Assembly (NCBI GenBank): GCA_965238005.1
Contig: OZ250165.1
Span: 1,696,001 to 1,760,000, forward strand
Direction of reading: 5' to 3'
Source: Longimicrobiales bacterium
GTDB lineage: Bacteria > Gemmatimonadota > Gemmatimonadetes > Longimicrobiales > Gaopeijiaceae
DNA length: 64,000 bases
Shown in pieces: positions 37,711 through 49,447 of the stretch; positions within the stretch are counted from its first letter, which is position 1, and every line of letters starts with the position of its first letter. The notes beneath the pieces are model-generated. The model saw nothing but the letters and a program-made list of their open reading frames with translations, made no database searches and was not told the origin of the DNA. The position numbers and the translations under genes are program-made.

Positions 37711-38577
37711 TGTGGGCTCTCCTCCCATCGAGGGCTGTGAGTCGGATCGACCCTCCTCGGGACATTTCGTCGCGCTAGTGCGTCCCCGTGGACGAGCCCC
37801 GACGGGCGTCCGAGTAATCACGTACATGATGTTCTCGTCGCGCCACGTGACGGTTTCCGGGTCCTCGTAACCGGCTTCCAAGTTGCGGGAGAATCGGTCC
37901 AGCGCGGCCTCAAACTCGAGGTCGCCGTACAGGCTGAAAGTGGAGTAGTGGCGTGTGCGCGCCAGATCGACCAGGCGATCGGGTCTTTCCGCGCGGTCGT
38001 ACCGGAACATTTTGAGGTTTGTCAGCTCCATCCCTCTCGTCCTAGAAACAACGCTGGCTACGTGGTCAACCGTGTACAGTCGCGTTTCTTTTTCTGAGAA
38101 CGACAGAAAATGGACACCCCAGACACTCCCAGCGTTCTGCGCGCGGGTCCGCGTGTACATGAACAGCCTGCCACCGGGTTTCAGGGTGCGGTGCGCGTTG
38201 GTGAAGAAGCCGAGAAGATTGAAGTGGTGACAGGCGTTGAAGCTAAAGATGCAATCCAGGCTGTCGGCATCGAATGGGAGGTCGTCGGCGTCCGCGTCGT
38301 GTGTCTCGAAATTCTCGAAGCCGAGGTCCGCGAGATAGGTGTCCAGTTCACCGAGCATCGCGGGGGTGACGTCTACGCAGTGCAGGAACAGCTTTTGTCC
38401 CAGAAGACGGAGCAGAACTTCGTCGTACCGGCCCGCACCGCATCCGACGTCAGCAGCGACGATGTCGAGCGTCGAACCCAGCTGATCGATGATAAACCGT
38501 ATCGGTTCGAGATCGGTGGTCCTGGCGGCACGGTACTCGCGCGCAATCTGAGAGAAGTGCTCATGCACCTGGGTCAT
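37546..38577 (-). CDS. Class I SAM-dependent methyltransferase, reading in frame into the FmdB ORF
   Basis: DVGCGAG, LPFDADSLD, LKPGG. Confidence 0.8.
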   Translation of the reverse strand: MTQVHEHFSQIAREYRAARTTDLEPIRFIIDQLGSTLDIVAADVGCGAGRYDEVLLRLLGQKLFLHCVDVTPAMLGELDTYLADLGFENFETHDADADDLPFDADSLDCIFSFNACHHFNLLGFFTNAHRTLKPGGRLFMYTRTRAQNAGSVWGVHFLSFSEKETRLYTVDHVASVVSRTRGMELTNLKMFRYDRAERPDRLVDLARTRHYSTFSLYGDLEFEAALDRFSRNLEAGYEDPETVTWRDENIMYVITRTPVGARPRGRTSATKCPEEGRSDSQPSMGGEPTVPIYEYHCEACDHDFTVIESLSAHEAAKPKCPECKSKKVERVFTAVNVKTSKKS

Positions 38578-39309
38578 TCACGGCCTCCCCCGCTCCACGT
38601 CAGCAATCGCGCCTGACCACGGGTCCACCTTGCACTGACCGCATATCGGGATCGCGCGCAACGACCCCGGGGTCCGGCCAATGTTACGGAGGGTGAATCT
38701 TCCCCGGAGCGTTGCTGCATGGCTCGGGGTTGAGGTCGGAGTTCCCCCTAATCCCCGGTCATAAGGATCACTTCAGTCGGTAGCTGTCGGGCCTTTAGAG
38801 ACGGGTCATCGTGTTGAGAATCCTGTACCCGAGCTGCACCTCCATCGGTTGCCCTTTCAGAGTGCGACTCCTCATGCCTTGGAGTTGCCCCGGCGATCTC
38901 AACCGGTCATCGCAAGGGAGGTTCTGGGGTGTCTCGGCCCGCTCAAGGAGGGTGCCGGACTCGTAACAGGACCTCTTAGGTCCTTGTCCCTGTGCCGGCT
39001 CCTCGACGCGGGGCCTGGTCGGCCTTCTTCACGTACGCGTTCTGGTCGTGCTTCAGTGCCCCCTCGGGCAGACTCCCAGAACGGTCCGAGCTCGCGCCGG
39101 ACGCGGTTCACGTAGAAAGGCGGAATCTCGTCGGTCTCGCCCTCGAAGAAGTCTCTCACGTGGCGATCCTCCCCCAACATGCGGCGGATCGTCTTGTGAT
39201 ACTTGATGCGGCCGTAGCCCTCCGATCCGCTAGTGACGTGGCGCGGGAGGTCATATAGTAGAAGCGCCCACGTTCTATAGCGCGCCGCGGAGGGGACAGG
39301 AGGTGCCTC

Positions 39310-39592
39310 GTGGCTCGTGAGGAAGTATCGGAAGCGCGGTTGCTAGCGATCCTGAACGAGAAACTCGCGGAGAGCGACCGCTGTTAAGGACTGCACCTTC
39401 CCCGGTCCGATCCATCGGCTCAAGGAGCCGAACGAGGACGGCTGCAACTGGGACCAGCTCCCCATCCTGAGCTGCGAAGGCCGAAGCACCTACCGCTGTG
39501 CCGCGTGGGCGCTGCGGGTCGTTCAGGAAGCGAGCAAGCAGTACAACCTCGCCTGGACTGGGAGTACCGCTAGGTTACGGTCATGGACTTGA
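39310..39592 (+). pseudogene. Small Cys-containing hypothetical protein with an apparent +1 frameshift near 39385
   Basis: GGAGGTG SD; ...SDRC then KDCTFPG...GCNW in the next frame. Confidence 0.4.
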
Positions 39593-39994
39593 CGCCTGAT
39601 GAGCAACCCGTCGTCCGTCGTGCTGTGGCGGCCTACCTCGCAGCGAAGAAGAAGCACAAGGGCCAGTTCAGAGGCACTACCGCTTCCGAGATTCTCGAAG
39701 AATTGAAGCCGTCTCCCGTCCGCTGGGCTGAACTCGCCGCGTTCGTGATCCGAACGGCAGAAGGGCCCAAACGAAGGAATCGATAACGTCGCGTGCCAGC
39801 TCGCGTGCGGTCCACATCTTGATCGCGCAGTAGCATCGCGAGACGTTCTATGAAAGAGAGTGTCAAGAGCGGGCTCCGCCCCGGCTGGATGCGAAGCCGT
39901 GTTGGGCTTGGCACTCAGCCCCTTGGTTGGATTAGCCGGATCGTCATTGATCGTTATCGTCCGAGACAACCATCGTTCGAAGGAGGCCAAAGAG

Positions 39995-40288
39995 ATGGCT
40001 AAGTACGCGACACTCTACAATTTCACGGACCAGGGCATCCGGGCCGTGAAGGAATCTCCGAGCCGGCTCAAGGCTGCGATTGAAGCTGCGGAGGGAGTCG
40101 GAGTGAGAATGCTCGGCGTTTACTACACCGCGGGCCCGTACGACCTGATCGTGATCTCCGAGGCCGAAGACGAGAAGGCCGCGACCGCATTCGCGCTGGC
40201 TACCGGTGCCCAGGGGAACGTGAGGAGCACCACTATGCGTGCCTGGAGCCCGGACGAGTTCGAGGAAATCGTAGCGTTGATGCCGTAG
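39995..40288 (+). CDS. GYD domain protein
   Basis: FTDQGIR, GPYD, GNVRSTTMRA. Confidence 0.88.
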   Translation: MAKYATLYNFTDQGIRAVKESPSRLKAAIEAAEGVGVRMLGVYYTAGPYDLIVISEAEDEKAATAFALATGAQGNVRSTTMRAWSPDEFEEIVALMP

Positions 40289-40465
40289 GGCGAGGCGCTG
40301 GCCCGGGTCACCGATGACCCGGCAGATCCCCCGGCCGCGCGTCGCTGAATGAGGTCGGAGGCGCCGCCTAGGAGGATGTGCCTGCAGAAGTGGTCCATGG
40401 CTCCTTCTGATCCTCAGGACTCTAGTGCTTGACTCTGAGTTAATAATGCCGATATAATCAGCATT

Positions 40466-40819
40466 ATGACGAAAGCCACACTTGGTGAATTGGAGACGCT
40501 GGTACTCCTGGCCGTCGCACGGCGACCGGAAGACGCGTACGCCGTCACGGTGCGCGAGGAGATCCAGCACCGGGCAGGCCGCGAGATGACAAGGGGCACC
40601 GTGTACGTGACCCTGGATCGGCTGGTCAGGAAGGGGTTCCTGGAGTCGACCATGGGTGATCCGACCCCTCGGAGGGGAGGCAAGGCCAGGAAGTACTTCC
40701 TGGTCACGGTGGCGGGTCGCGCAATTCTCGGCGAGTCGCTGGGGGCGCTCCGCCAAATGGCCGACGGTGTCGACCTCGCGAGCGAGATGATCGGGCAGTC
40801 GTCGGCCGTGGGCCATTGA
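40466..40819 (+). CDS. PadR-family regulator
   Basis: LGELETLVLLAV, GTVYVTLDRL, RGGKARKYF. Confidence 0.9.
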   Translation: MTKATLGELETLVLLAVARRPEDAYAVTVREEIQHRAGREMTRGTVYVTLDRLVRKGFLESTMGDPTPRRGGKARKYFLVTVAGRAILGESLGALRQMADGVDLASEMIGQSSAVGH

Positions 40820-40883
40820 GCGCGTCGGCGAACGCGCTCACGCTCGCGAAGCTCAAGCGATCTTGCGGACGCGCGCTAACCCC

Positions 40884-43115
40884 CTAGAGCCCGCCCGATC
40901 TGCCCTCTCCCGCCGGCATGTTCTCCTCCAGGAACCAGAGGTAGAGGTCGTATAGGTGGTACCGGTCGGGGATGCCGTGGGGTCGGTTGGGATAAGGCAT
41001 GATGGTGAAGCGCTTCTTCGCAGCGATGAGGGCGTTGCTGAGCGCTTCGGCATTCTGAAAGTGCACGTTGGGATCTCCGGTCCCGTGGATGATGAGTAGG
41101 TTCCCACGGAGGTTGTCCGCCACGTTGACGGGGGCCGTGGCCTCGTAGGCGTCTGGGTTGTCTTGGGGCAGGCCCAGGAAACGCTCTGTGAACGAGGCAT
41201 GGTAGTACTTGTGGTGACTCAGACCCGCGCCCGGCATGGCCGTGGAATAGACGTCGGGGTGACGAAAGATGGCGTTCATGCTGACGTTGCCTCCACCGCT
41301 CCATCCGTAGATGCCGATGCGGGACGGGTCCATCCAGGGCCAGCGGGCCTCGAGGGCCCTCACCGCCGCCGCCTGGTCCTGGGCCGGGAGAACCCCATGC
41401 CGCAGGTAGATGATCTTGCGGAAGTCTCGCCCTCGGGGCGCAGGCGTCCCCCGATTGTCCACACTCATGACCACGTACCCCCGCTGGGTGAGGAGGTGGT
41501 GGAAGAGGTGTCGATCACCGCCCCAGCGGTCTAGGACCGTCTGTCCAGCGGGCATGCCATACACGTAAAACAGCACGGGGTAGCGTTTGCCCGGATCGAA
41601 GGTCGGAGGCTTCATGACCCAACCGTCCAGCTCCACCCCGTCGCCAATATCCACGCGAAAGAACTCAGTGGGGCCAATGTCGAGAGCCACGAGCTGCGCC
41701 CTGAGTGCGGCGTTGTCCACTCCTACGCGGACAGGGCGGTGGTCGGGGAGAGAAACGAGCCCCGTTACCGGCGGCTCATCGATCGTCGACGCCGTGTGCC
41801 AGGCCGAGCGGGCGCCGGGCGCGATGTCGTACCCGTTCGTCCCTTCAAAGTCCTCGGGGGTGACCCGCTCCACGGCTCCATCGCCGTCCAACCTGGCGCG
41901 ATAGAGATAGCGCTGCACCGGGTCGTCCGGTGAGGCGATGAAGTAGACCCATCCCCCCGCCTCATCCACAGCCTCGACCGACAGGATGTCGAAGGCGCCG
42001 GGGGTGAGAAGAAGTGCGTTTCCACCGTCTCGGTCGATCCGGTAGACGTGCCGCCAGCCGTCCCGTTCGCTGACCCAGAGGAAGGCCTGCCCTCCGCCCA
42101 CCCACTCGACGGGGTGGAGATCGAGCCAGGTCTCCTCTTTCTCCACCAGGGTCTCCAGAAGACCACCCCCCTCCGGGTCGGCCATGAAGAGACGGACGGT
42201 GTTCTGGGGCCGGTTGAGCTGCTGGACGAAGAGCTCGTTCGCGTTCGGGACCCACTCGAAGCCCCTCACGTAGCGCATGCGCGGATCGCCCGGGAGTTCG
42301 AGCCACGTGACGTCGCCGCCATCGGCGGCCACGATCCCGACCCGTGCCGCGGGGAGCGTCTCACCGGGTTTCACGTGGGGACGGCTTTGCACCGTCGAGT
42401 AGACGGAGTCGGTGTAGTTGATGATGTGGAACTGCCTTACGCCCTCGGCTTCGAACCGGAGGAAGGCGATGCGGGTCCCGTCCGGGCTCCACCGGAATCC
42501 CCCGGCATTCAACCCGACGTACACGCCCTCCGTCGTCCCGTTTAGGATGGTGGCCGACCCGTCGGTGGTGAGGCGAACAACCCGGCTGGTTGCCAGATCC
42601 TGAACGTAGAGGTCGTTTCTGACCACATAAGCGATCCGGTCCCCCCCGGGAGAGAGAGTGGCCCGCGAAAGCTCCTCGTCATGGCCGTCCTCCACCATCG
42701 CCAAACGGCCCGTTGGGCGGTGAAGCGTCCACCACTCGCCGGTAGCCGTCCGCAGCAGCCAGGTAGAGCCGTCCTCGGACCACGAGTAGGACTCGAGCCG
42801 CGGTGGCTCACCCCCTCCGGCCCGGACCAGCCGTTCGGCCGAAACGATAACCTCCTGCTCGACGCCAGAGGCCGCGTCGTACGCCACGACCGCATCCCCA
42901 CCGTCCCGCTCCTCCACCCTCACATAGCCGCTGCCATCCGGCGACCATGCCCCGATGGCCTGCCGTTCGGGAGCGAACTCGCTGGCTTCGAAGATCCGCT
43001 CCAGCGTAAGGAGGGACGGGTCCGATAGCGCCTGAGGAGCCAGCGGGACGGGTGCCAAGGCGAGCAGTGCCAGGGCGGCCAGTCCGCCCCGGTGGGGATG
43101 ATGTCTCGTCGTCAT
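40884..43115 (-). CDS. S9 family (DPP-IV-like) peptidase
   Basis: Signal peptide, GWSGGG, HGTGDPNVH, YPNRPH. Confidence 0.9.
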   Translation of the reverse strand: MTTRHHPHRGGLAALALLALAPVPLAPQALSDPSLLTLERIFEASEFAPERQAIGAWSPDGSGYVRVEERDGGDAVVAYDAASGVEQEVIVSAERLVRAGGGEPPRLESYSWSEDGSTWLLRTATGEWWTLHRPTGRLAMVEDGHDEELSRATLSPGGDRIAYVVRNDLYVQDLATSRVVRLTTDGSATILNGTTEGVYVGLNAGGFRWSPDGTRIAFLRFEAEGVRQFHIINYTDSVYSTVQSRPHVKPGETLPAARVGIVAADGGDVTWLELPGDPRMRYVRGFEWVPNANELFVQQLNRPQNTVRLFMADPEGGGLLETLVEKEETWLDLHPVEWVGGGQAFLWVSERDGWRHVYRIDRDGGNALLLTPGAFDILSVEAVDEAGGWVYFIASPDDPVQRYLYRARLDGDGAVERVTPEDFEGTNGYDIAPGARSAWHTASTIDEPPVTGLVSLPDHRPVRVGVDNAALRAQLVALDIGPTEFFRVDIGDGVELDGWVMKPPTFDPGKRYPVLFYVYGMPAGQTVLDRWGGDRHLFHHLLTQRGYVVMSVDNRGTPAPRGRDFRKIIYLRHGVLPAQDQAAAVRALEARWPWMDPSRIGIYGWSGGGNVSMNAIFRHPDVYSTAMPGAGLSHHKYYHASFTERFLGLPQDNPDAYEATAPVNVADNLRGNLLIIHGTGDPNVHFQNAEALSNALIAAKKRFTIMPYPNRPHGIPDRYHLYDLYLWFLEENMPAGEGRSGGL

Positions 43116-43613
43116 CGGACTCCTCCGGTTCTCCAATGGCGGGTTGCGTCTTCTCCCGCTCCACCAGCACGTGGTGCCGTTCTTGGAGGTTCCGGGCGAC
43201 CGTCCCCCGGGTGCTGCCCCCAATCCGGCGACCGTCCCACACACATCAAAGGGATTATACCGACATGGGTACCCGTGATGAAAGCCACGTCGGCGCTGTA
43301 GACCGCGGTGAAGCTGAAATCTATCTCTGGGCACCGCACCCGGCCTCCCGGGCGACGTCGATGGCGATTCTCCGAGTGATCCCCTTCAGGCAGTACCGCC
43401 CGGTGGAGGTCCAGGCCTCCGTAGGGTTCGGCGATCTCCGGCCATGGTCAGCTGCCGTGACCAGGTGTCTCGGGCATCGGCTGCGGGTGAGAGGCTGGCA
43501 AGGACATCCCTGCGCTCTACCTACGCCAGAGCTATTTTCCCCCGACGCTCGGAAACTCGGCCCGCCACCTACGGATGCATCGGCCACCGGACCAACGAAC
43601 GAGGGGAAACACC

Positions 43614-43832
43614 ATGCTGGCTCGTCGACCACGGATCCTCGCAACCGGCACCGCGATTGTCGCCGCCCTCATGCTGACCACCCCCGTCCTGGCCCAACGG
43701 GGCGGCCAAGAGCAGAGCGATGGTGGCGACTCCGCACCAGACCTCGCCTCGACGGCGCGGAGCCTAGCCTGGCGCTCGATCGGCTCCGCGGTGATCAGCG
43801 GGCGCATCTCCGACCTCGCCATCCATCCGTGA
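43614..43832 (+). pseudogene. N-terminal stub of a VPS10/BNR-repeat glycosyl hydrolase-like protein
   Basis: Signal peptide, then LAWRSIGSAVISGRISDLAIHP and a stop. Confidence 0.6.
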
Positions 43833-44219
43833 CGCTCGGTCTCAAGCACACGCCGATCTGGCGGTCGCTGGTGCGACGCGATCTGATCCCACCGACACCA
43901 GGCGCCAAGGATCACCGGTTGCAGCACAGGGTTTGGTCGTTTGGCGGCCGAGGAACTCGCCGCGAGGGGCGACCGCGTCTATGCGACCATGCGTGACCCA
44001 GAACGAAAGAACCGCGCGTCAGCAGACGCGCTCGGCTCGTCACATTCATCGAGGTCTTCGAGAAAAATGTGACACTTGATGCTCTACTGTGGCGTTGGAT
44101 GTAATCCAGAGAAGCTTGTCCGGGCAGACAGCGGGAGGCTCGGCCTCAGGGGGATCGACTGACGGCCAAGAGTCTGCTCCCCCATTCATGAGTGGGGTCC
44201 TAGTCGCTGGAATGGGCAA

Positions 44220-44414
44220 TCTGAACAGCGCACCTGATGGTTGACACAATGGTGCCAGTTGATGGTTAACAGATTGGGTTACGTCCTGTGTTGCCGTGGG
44301 TGTCGAAAATGACGAAGAGTTCTTCGTCAAACCATCCGAGGGTAGTGGGTCCGAAGTAGACCTGCCACAGAGCGGGACCAATGGGTTCGAGCCCGATGAA
44401 GTCGTTGCCCAGGG
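44220..44414 (-). mobile_element. IS481-like 3' remnant, copy 2
   Basis: Near-identical to 18273-18467. Confidence 0.7.
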
Positions 44415-45496
44415 CCGAGACGCTCCAGAGCAAGGCCCTGCGCGGGATGTTCCACGCCTGGTTGGGGATCTGCCTGTATTTCACGCAACGATTGGAGGAA
44501 TCCTACCGCACGTTACAGCAGGCCCTGGTCCTGGGCGAAGAGGCCGCCGACAAGCGCGTGATCGGCTACGCCCACACCTGGCTGGCCATGACCTGCTCCA
44601 ACCTGGGCCGGTTGCGCGAAGGACTCGCGCTCGGGAAGCGGGCCCATGAGATCGCTCAGACCATGCCAGAAGACGACTACCTGCATTTCAAGTCCCTGGC
44701 CACGACCGGCATGAACTACTACTGCATGGGCGAGGTGACGCACACCCTGCAGGTGGGTCGGCAACTGGTGGAATACGGGGAGCGGCACGGGAACCCGCGC
44801 GGCCTCCTATTCGGCCACTGGATAATCGCCACCGGCCATTGCAACGCCGGGGATTTTCCAGGGGCGATAGCCGCCTCGAAGCAGGCCATCCAGGTCTCCA
44901 GAGACCCCTTCTATCTCCTGCTCGGCCAGGCCACTCATGGGATTAGCTGCACCTTGAACGGTCAGGTCGATCCCATGTTCGGGGAGGTGGTCAGCCGCCT
45001 CAGAAACCAGGGTCTCGAATTGTCCCTCAGTTGGGCGGGCGGATTCCACGGACTTGGACGGATCATCGAGGGACGGATGGGTGAGGGCATGAAGATGATC
45101 GAGGAGGCCTCCCGAAATAGCTTGGTAAGTGGAAACAGGTTTTTCCATCACGTAAACGAGATGCTCAAGGGCAACGTGTACCTGAAAATAGCGACCGGGG
45201 AACCCCCGCCACCGGCCTTGCTGCTGAAGAATCTGGGCTTTCTCCTCCGGCACCTGCCCTTCGCCGCCCGCCGGGCGGAGACCCTGCTCGGAGGGGCCGC
45301 CGAGTACTTTGCAGAGGTAGAGGCTCACGGTTTCCGCGCCCAGGCACTGTTGGGTTTAGGACTCTTGCACAAGGCCAAGAAGCGCAGGGGTAAGGCCAAC
45401 GAATGCCTGGCCGAGGCCGAGGGCCTGTTCGAGCGCATGGGGGCCGAGGTGTTCCTCCGACAGACCCGGGAGACGTTGGCAGAGTTATCCCCGTGA
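44415..45496 (+). pseudogene. TPR-rich C-terminal part of a larger ATPase/cyclase-type protein, 5'-truncated
   Basis: Helical repeats; ORF starts inside the IS remnant. Confidence 0.6.
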
Positions 45497-45565
45497 TTTG
45501 CTACGCGCTCAAGGCAGATCTTACTCCATCCCAGCAGGCTTTGGATGAGGCCTTTGAGTCGTTCC

Positions 45566-48232
45566 CTATCCCTCCCTCAGAGCCTCCATCGGCCGGATCC
45601 TCAAGCCTCTGAGAGTCGGCGCAAGGCAAGCGACCATGCCGACCAAGAGCATGAAACCGGCAAAGGTCGCGAGCATCACGGTCCAGTTCGCCCCACGGGC
45701 CGAGGCATCTCCGCCGGTCTCTCTGATCAGCCAGACGCCTAGGCCCACGCCGGCGACGATGCCTGCCACGAGTTGAAGGAACGCCCGCCTCGCAATCGCG
45801 GTCACGATGCTGCCGGGCCGAGCTCCCAAAGCCGTGCGGATTCCGATCTCTCGGGTCCGCTGAGACACGGTGAGGGACATGAGCGCGTAGAGTCCGGCGC
45901 CCGAGAGCACGATGGCGATCGCGGAGAGGAAGACGAGGAGGATGGTGCCGTATTGGGTTACCTGCCGAGCGCCGTTGGGGGCGTTGACCAACGCGGCGGG
46001 ATACTGGATCATCGCCTCGGGGTCGACCTCACCCGTGATCTCCCGGAGCCGGGGCGTGAACGACAGCGGGTCTTCTCCCACGTGGACGGCCAGCCATATA
46101 GGATGGATCTCGCCGGGCGCCGCCGGATGGTACAGGCCCTCGTCGCGCTCCGGGTTGAGCTCGTTCATTCCGAGGTGACCCACGACGCCGATGATCTCGT
46201 ACCACGGCCCGGGCTCTTCACCCTCGGGAGGCACGTACCTCACGCGCCGTCCGATGGGATTTCGGCCTCCCAGGACATGCTCCACGAACGCCGTGTTCAC
46301 AATGACCGCCGTCCGGTCCTCGTCGATGGTGCCGATCAGGTCGGCCGTGGTAAAGCCCCGTCCGTCCAGGATCTTCTGTCCGAGACCCTCGAAGAAGCCT
46401 ACGTCGACGCGGGCTCGCATGACGAGGTGACCCCTGAAGTCCTCACCCCCAACCTCGCCTTCGAGCTCGACGCGCCGTCCCCCGTGCTGCATCCCGGGTA
46501 AGTTGGTCCCCATGGCCACTCCGCGCACGCCCGGCTCGGCGTTGAGGCGCAGAGCCAGCGCCTCGTGGGTCGCGATCACCTGCGTACGGAAGTCGGCGAC
46601 CGAGATGTCGTTCTCGACGGCGCTGTGATCGGTCCACGGGATCCGGAGCAGCGCCATCATGTACTCCTCCGGCTGGATCTCCATTTGAGCGGAAGTGCTC
46701 GACAAGAGGCTCCGGGACATGGTGCCACCCATGGTGAGGAAGCCGATGGCGAGCGCGACCTCTGACACGATCAGGAGCGTCGCCCCCTTCCCGAAGCGGA
46801 TGCCCGATCCTCCCGTGGCCCGTTGGAGGTTCTGTTGCACTCGGCGTCCCGTCGCCTTGAGGGCCGGGAAGACCCCGGCGATCACGGCGCAGAAGACCGC
46901 TAGGGACATCGCGATCGCGACGGTCTTGGGTGTCACCCCGAAATCCATCCAGAAGGGGGCCTCGAGAAACACCCGACTAGTGAACTCACGGGCGAACCGA
47001 TCGCCCAGAACGAGCCCGAGGCCGGCCGACACGACGGCGAGCAGCAGCGACTCGACGAACAGCTGAGAGACGATCCGGCCGCGACTCGCGCCCAACGCCG
47101 TGCGTACGGTGATCTCCGTGGACCGGGTCGCCGTCCGCGCCAGGATGAGGGTCCCCACGTTGCCACAGACGATGGCGAGAAGGGCCAGGATGACCAGCTG
47201 AATCAGGTACATCTCCGACATGTCGCTGGGGTCCAGCCCCACAGCCATTGCGGTGTAGCCCATGATCTGGGGGCGGAGCCGCTGATGCGTGTCCGGGAAC
47301 TCGTTCGCCATGCGAAGGCCGATTGTCGACAGCTCGGCCTGGGCCTGTTCCACCGAGACGCCGTCGGCCAGCCGCCCGAACATCAGAATGTCGGGCCCCA
47401 TGCCCCGCTCGTAGTCGGTGGGCTGGTCGCGAAGCGGCAGCCACAGGAGGTCGCTGAGCGGAAACTTGAAGCCCTCCGGCATGATCCCCACGACCTCGTG
47501 CGGCACCGGGCCTATGCGGATCGTGCTCCCCACCGCGTCCGGGTCTCCGGCGAGCCGCGACTGCCAGACGTCGTACCCGATCACGACCACGTCCGGTGCC
47601 CCGGGAATCTCGTCCGCGTCGAGCAATACGCGCCCCATGAGCGGGCGCACGCGGAGGATCTCGAACGCCGAAGCCGTGATCTCGGAGCCGCGGATCGGCG
47701 CCGCACGTCCGTCCTCCGAGATCACGTTGTACGGGTCGGAGCGGGCGGCGCCGATTGCCTCGAAGGTCGTCAGCTCCTCTCTCCAGATGAAGAAGTCGTG
47801 GAGAGCTCGGACCTCCGTGCGCCGCTCCGCCACGTTCCGGTTTCGGAGCCCGACGATGCGATCCCCCTCGTCGAAAGGAAGCGCGACCTGCAGCGCGTCG
47901 AAGACGTGGAAGGGAATCAGGCTGGCGGGAATCCCGATCGAGAGCGCGAAGACCGTCACCAGCGTGAGGCCGGGCTGCTTGAGGAGCATGCGGAGGCCGA
48001 GCTTCACATCGAGCCACGACGTCCCCACGCTTGGAAGGCGAATGCTCGTTCGCCACAGGTTGAGGGCGGATGCGAACACGTTCATGGCGTATCTCAGTCG
48101 GGCCCTGCCGATCGGGAGGCCGCGCTCGAGCTCATGCTCGAACGTAGCGTCCAACTCGGTCAGGATGAACGGGGCGTGCCGGCCCCGGATGAGGAGTGCG
48201 GCGATTCTGCGGAGCAGGCGAGGCGCGGACAC
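45566..48232 (-). CDS. Duplicated orphan ABC permease (ADOP; MacB/FtsX domains)
   Basis: VRTALGASRGRIV and QRTREIGIRTALGA repeats; coupled to PadR. Confidence 0.9.
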   Translation of the reverse strand: MSAPRLLRRIAALLIRGRHAPFILTELDATFEHELERGLPIGRARLRYAMNVFASALNLWRTSIRLPSVGTSWLDVKLGLRMLLKQPGLTLVTVFALSIGIPASLIPFHVFDALQVALPFDEGDRIVGLRNRNVAERRTEVRALHDFFIWREELTTFEAIGAARSDPYNVISEDGRAAPIRGSEITASAFEILRVRPLMGRVLLDADEIPGAPDVVVIGYDVWQSRLAGDPDAVGSTIRIGPVPHEVVGIMPEGFKFPLSDLLWLPLRDQPTDYERGMGPDILMFGRLADGVSVEQAQAELSTIGLRMANEFPDTHQRLRPQIMGYTAMAVGLDPSDMSEMYLIQLVILALLAIVCGNVGTLILARTATRSTEITVRTALGASRGRIVSQLFVESLLLAVVSAGLGLVLGDRFAREFTSRVFLEAPFWMDFGVTPKTVAIAMSLAVFCAVIAGVFPALKATGRRVQQNLQRATGGSGIRFGKGATLLIVSEVALAIGFLTMGGTMSRSLLSSTSAQMEIQPEEYMMALLRIPWTDHSAVENDISVADFRTQVIATHEALALRLNAEPGVRGVAMGTNLPGMQHGGRRVELEGEVGGEDFRGHLVMRARVDVGFFEGLGQKILDGRGFTTADLIGTIDEDRTAVIVNTAFVEHVLGGRNPIGRRVRYVPPEGEEPGPWYEIIGVVGHLGMNELNPERDEGLYHPAAPGEIHPIWLAVHVGEDPLSFTPRLREITGEVDPEAMIQYPAALVNAPNGARQVTQYGTILLVFLSAIAIVLSGAGLYALMSLTVSQRTREIGIRTALGARPGSIVTAIARRAFLQLVAGIVAGVGLGVWLIRETGGDASARGANWTVMLATFAGFMLLVGMVACLAPTLRGLRIRPMEALREG

Positions 48233-48235
48233 GGC

Positions 48236-48568
48236 TTACTGCTCCGCCAACTCTGTGAGCTTCGGGATCAGGCCACCGGCCATCGCCTGGATCGTCGAGT
48301 ACGTCGCCTGCAACGCCCGCGCGCCGGCGGACTCGAGCGTGTAGTACTTGCGGGGGCGGCCGACTCGGCCCTCGGTCGATTCCTCGACCGTGGCTGAGAC
48401 GAACCCTCGCTCCTCGAGGCGGCCGAGCGCGGTGTAGATCGCTCCGGAGGAGACGACCTTACCGGTCCGCTCTTCGATCGTCTCGCGGATGGTCACGCCG
48501 TACGCGCGATCTCCGAGCTCGAGGACGGAGAAGAGGATGAGCTGTTCGAATTCGCCAAGGTAGGACAT
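48236..48568 (-). CDS. PadR-family regulator
   Basis: LGEFEQLIL, GAIYTALGRLE, GRPRKYY. Confidence 0.9.
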   Translation of the reverse strand: MSYLGEFEQLILFSVLELGDRAYGVTIRETIEERTGKVVSSGAIYTALGRLEERGFVSATVEESTEGRVGRPRKYYTLESAGARALQATYSTIQAMAGGLIPKLTELAEQ

Positions 48569-49168
48569 CGTGTCGTCTCGGTTCGGTAAGCCCTCAGGCG
48601 TCGTATACAGCATTATGCTACAGTGTGGTATAACTGTGCAAGGCGTGCGACTGGCCGATGGTCCTACCATCGAGGTCTACATGTTTTTCTGCATGTTGGC
48701 CGGGAATCAGTCTCGGATCCGGTTTGTGAACTTTTTCCGCGCTTGCGCATCTCGCCTCGCGACCCAAACTGTGCTCAGAAACAAAGTTTAGGAAACGGTA
48801 TGGGCAGTCGAGAGTACTTGGGTAGGGGCTAGTCGCTTCCGAGGTGACAGATCCGTCGAGCGGGCGACGTGCCACGCACAACTACCGCGTCCTGCCCGCG
48901 GGTGACGATGCCCTGGCGCGATCTTGGGTCTTGCTTGAGCGCCTTTGGGCTGGGCTCGCGAGGGAGCCGGCATGAAACCGCCCGCCGTTGCACGCGCGCT
49001 GGTCCGGCTCATCTCGAACCCTGAGGACCGTGCCGCGCTGATCCAGTTGACCACGGGCCCCGTAGGGGGTTGCCTTGTGGCTTCTCCCTTGACAGGGGGC
49101 TTCTGGCGATTAGCGTTGTTCTTTGGAGGATGGGTCACAAAACAGATGTGCGTAAAAGGACGCTGGTC

Positions 49169-49240
49169 GTGATACTCAACAGTTGTTGTTGCCGATGTTC
49201 TTGTCCGAGCCCGGTGGGGTGTCGGGGAGACGTCGTATAG
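49169..49240 (+). CDS. Cys-rich leader peptide 1, copy 2
   Basis: Same sequence as 23361-23432. Confidence 0.75.
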   Translation: MILNSCCCRCSCPSPVGCRGDVV

Positions 49241-49268
49241 GCATACACGCGACTGGATTCCCTGAAGC

Positions 49269-49296
49269 GCCACCGGAGACATTCGGTGGCTTTTTT
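49269..49296 (+). terminator. Attenuator terminator 1, copy 2
   Basis: Same hairpin plus T6. Confidence 0.85.
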
Positions 49297-49447
49297 GTGA
49301 GGATTATTTCCCAGATCAAAAAGGCCATCGGGTTTCGCCGCTGGCCTTTTTGTTCGAACCGGGTAGGACAGGCAGCGGAAGAACTGGAAAACTTAGGACG
49401 AGGTATTCGAAGGCGTGCGGTTCCATGAAGATCTGGAGGTTTTGGAG

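Noticed and set aside
38899..39260. Possible transposase or other gene fragment
   Set aside because: Short and frame-broken, with no motif I can assign with confidence
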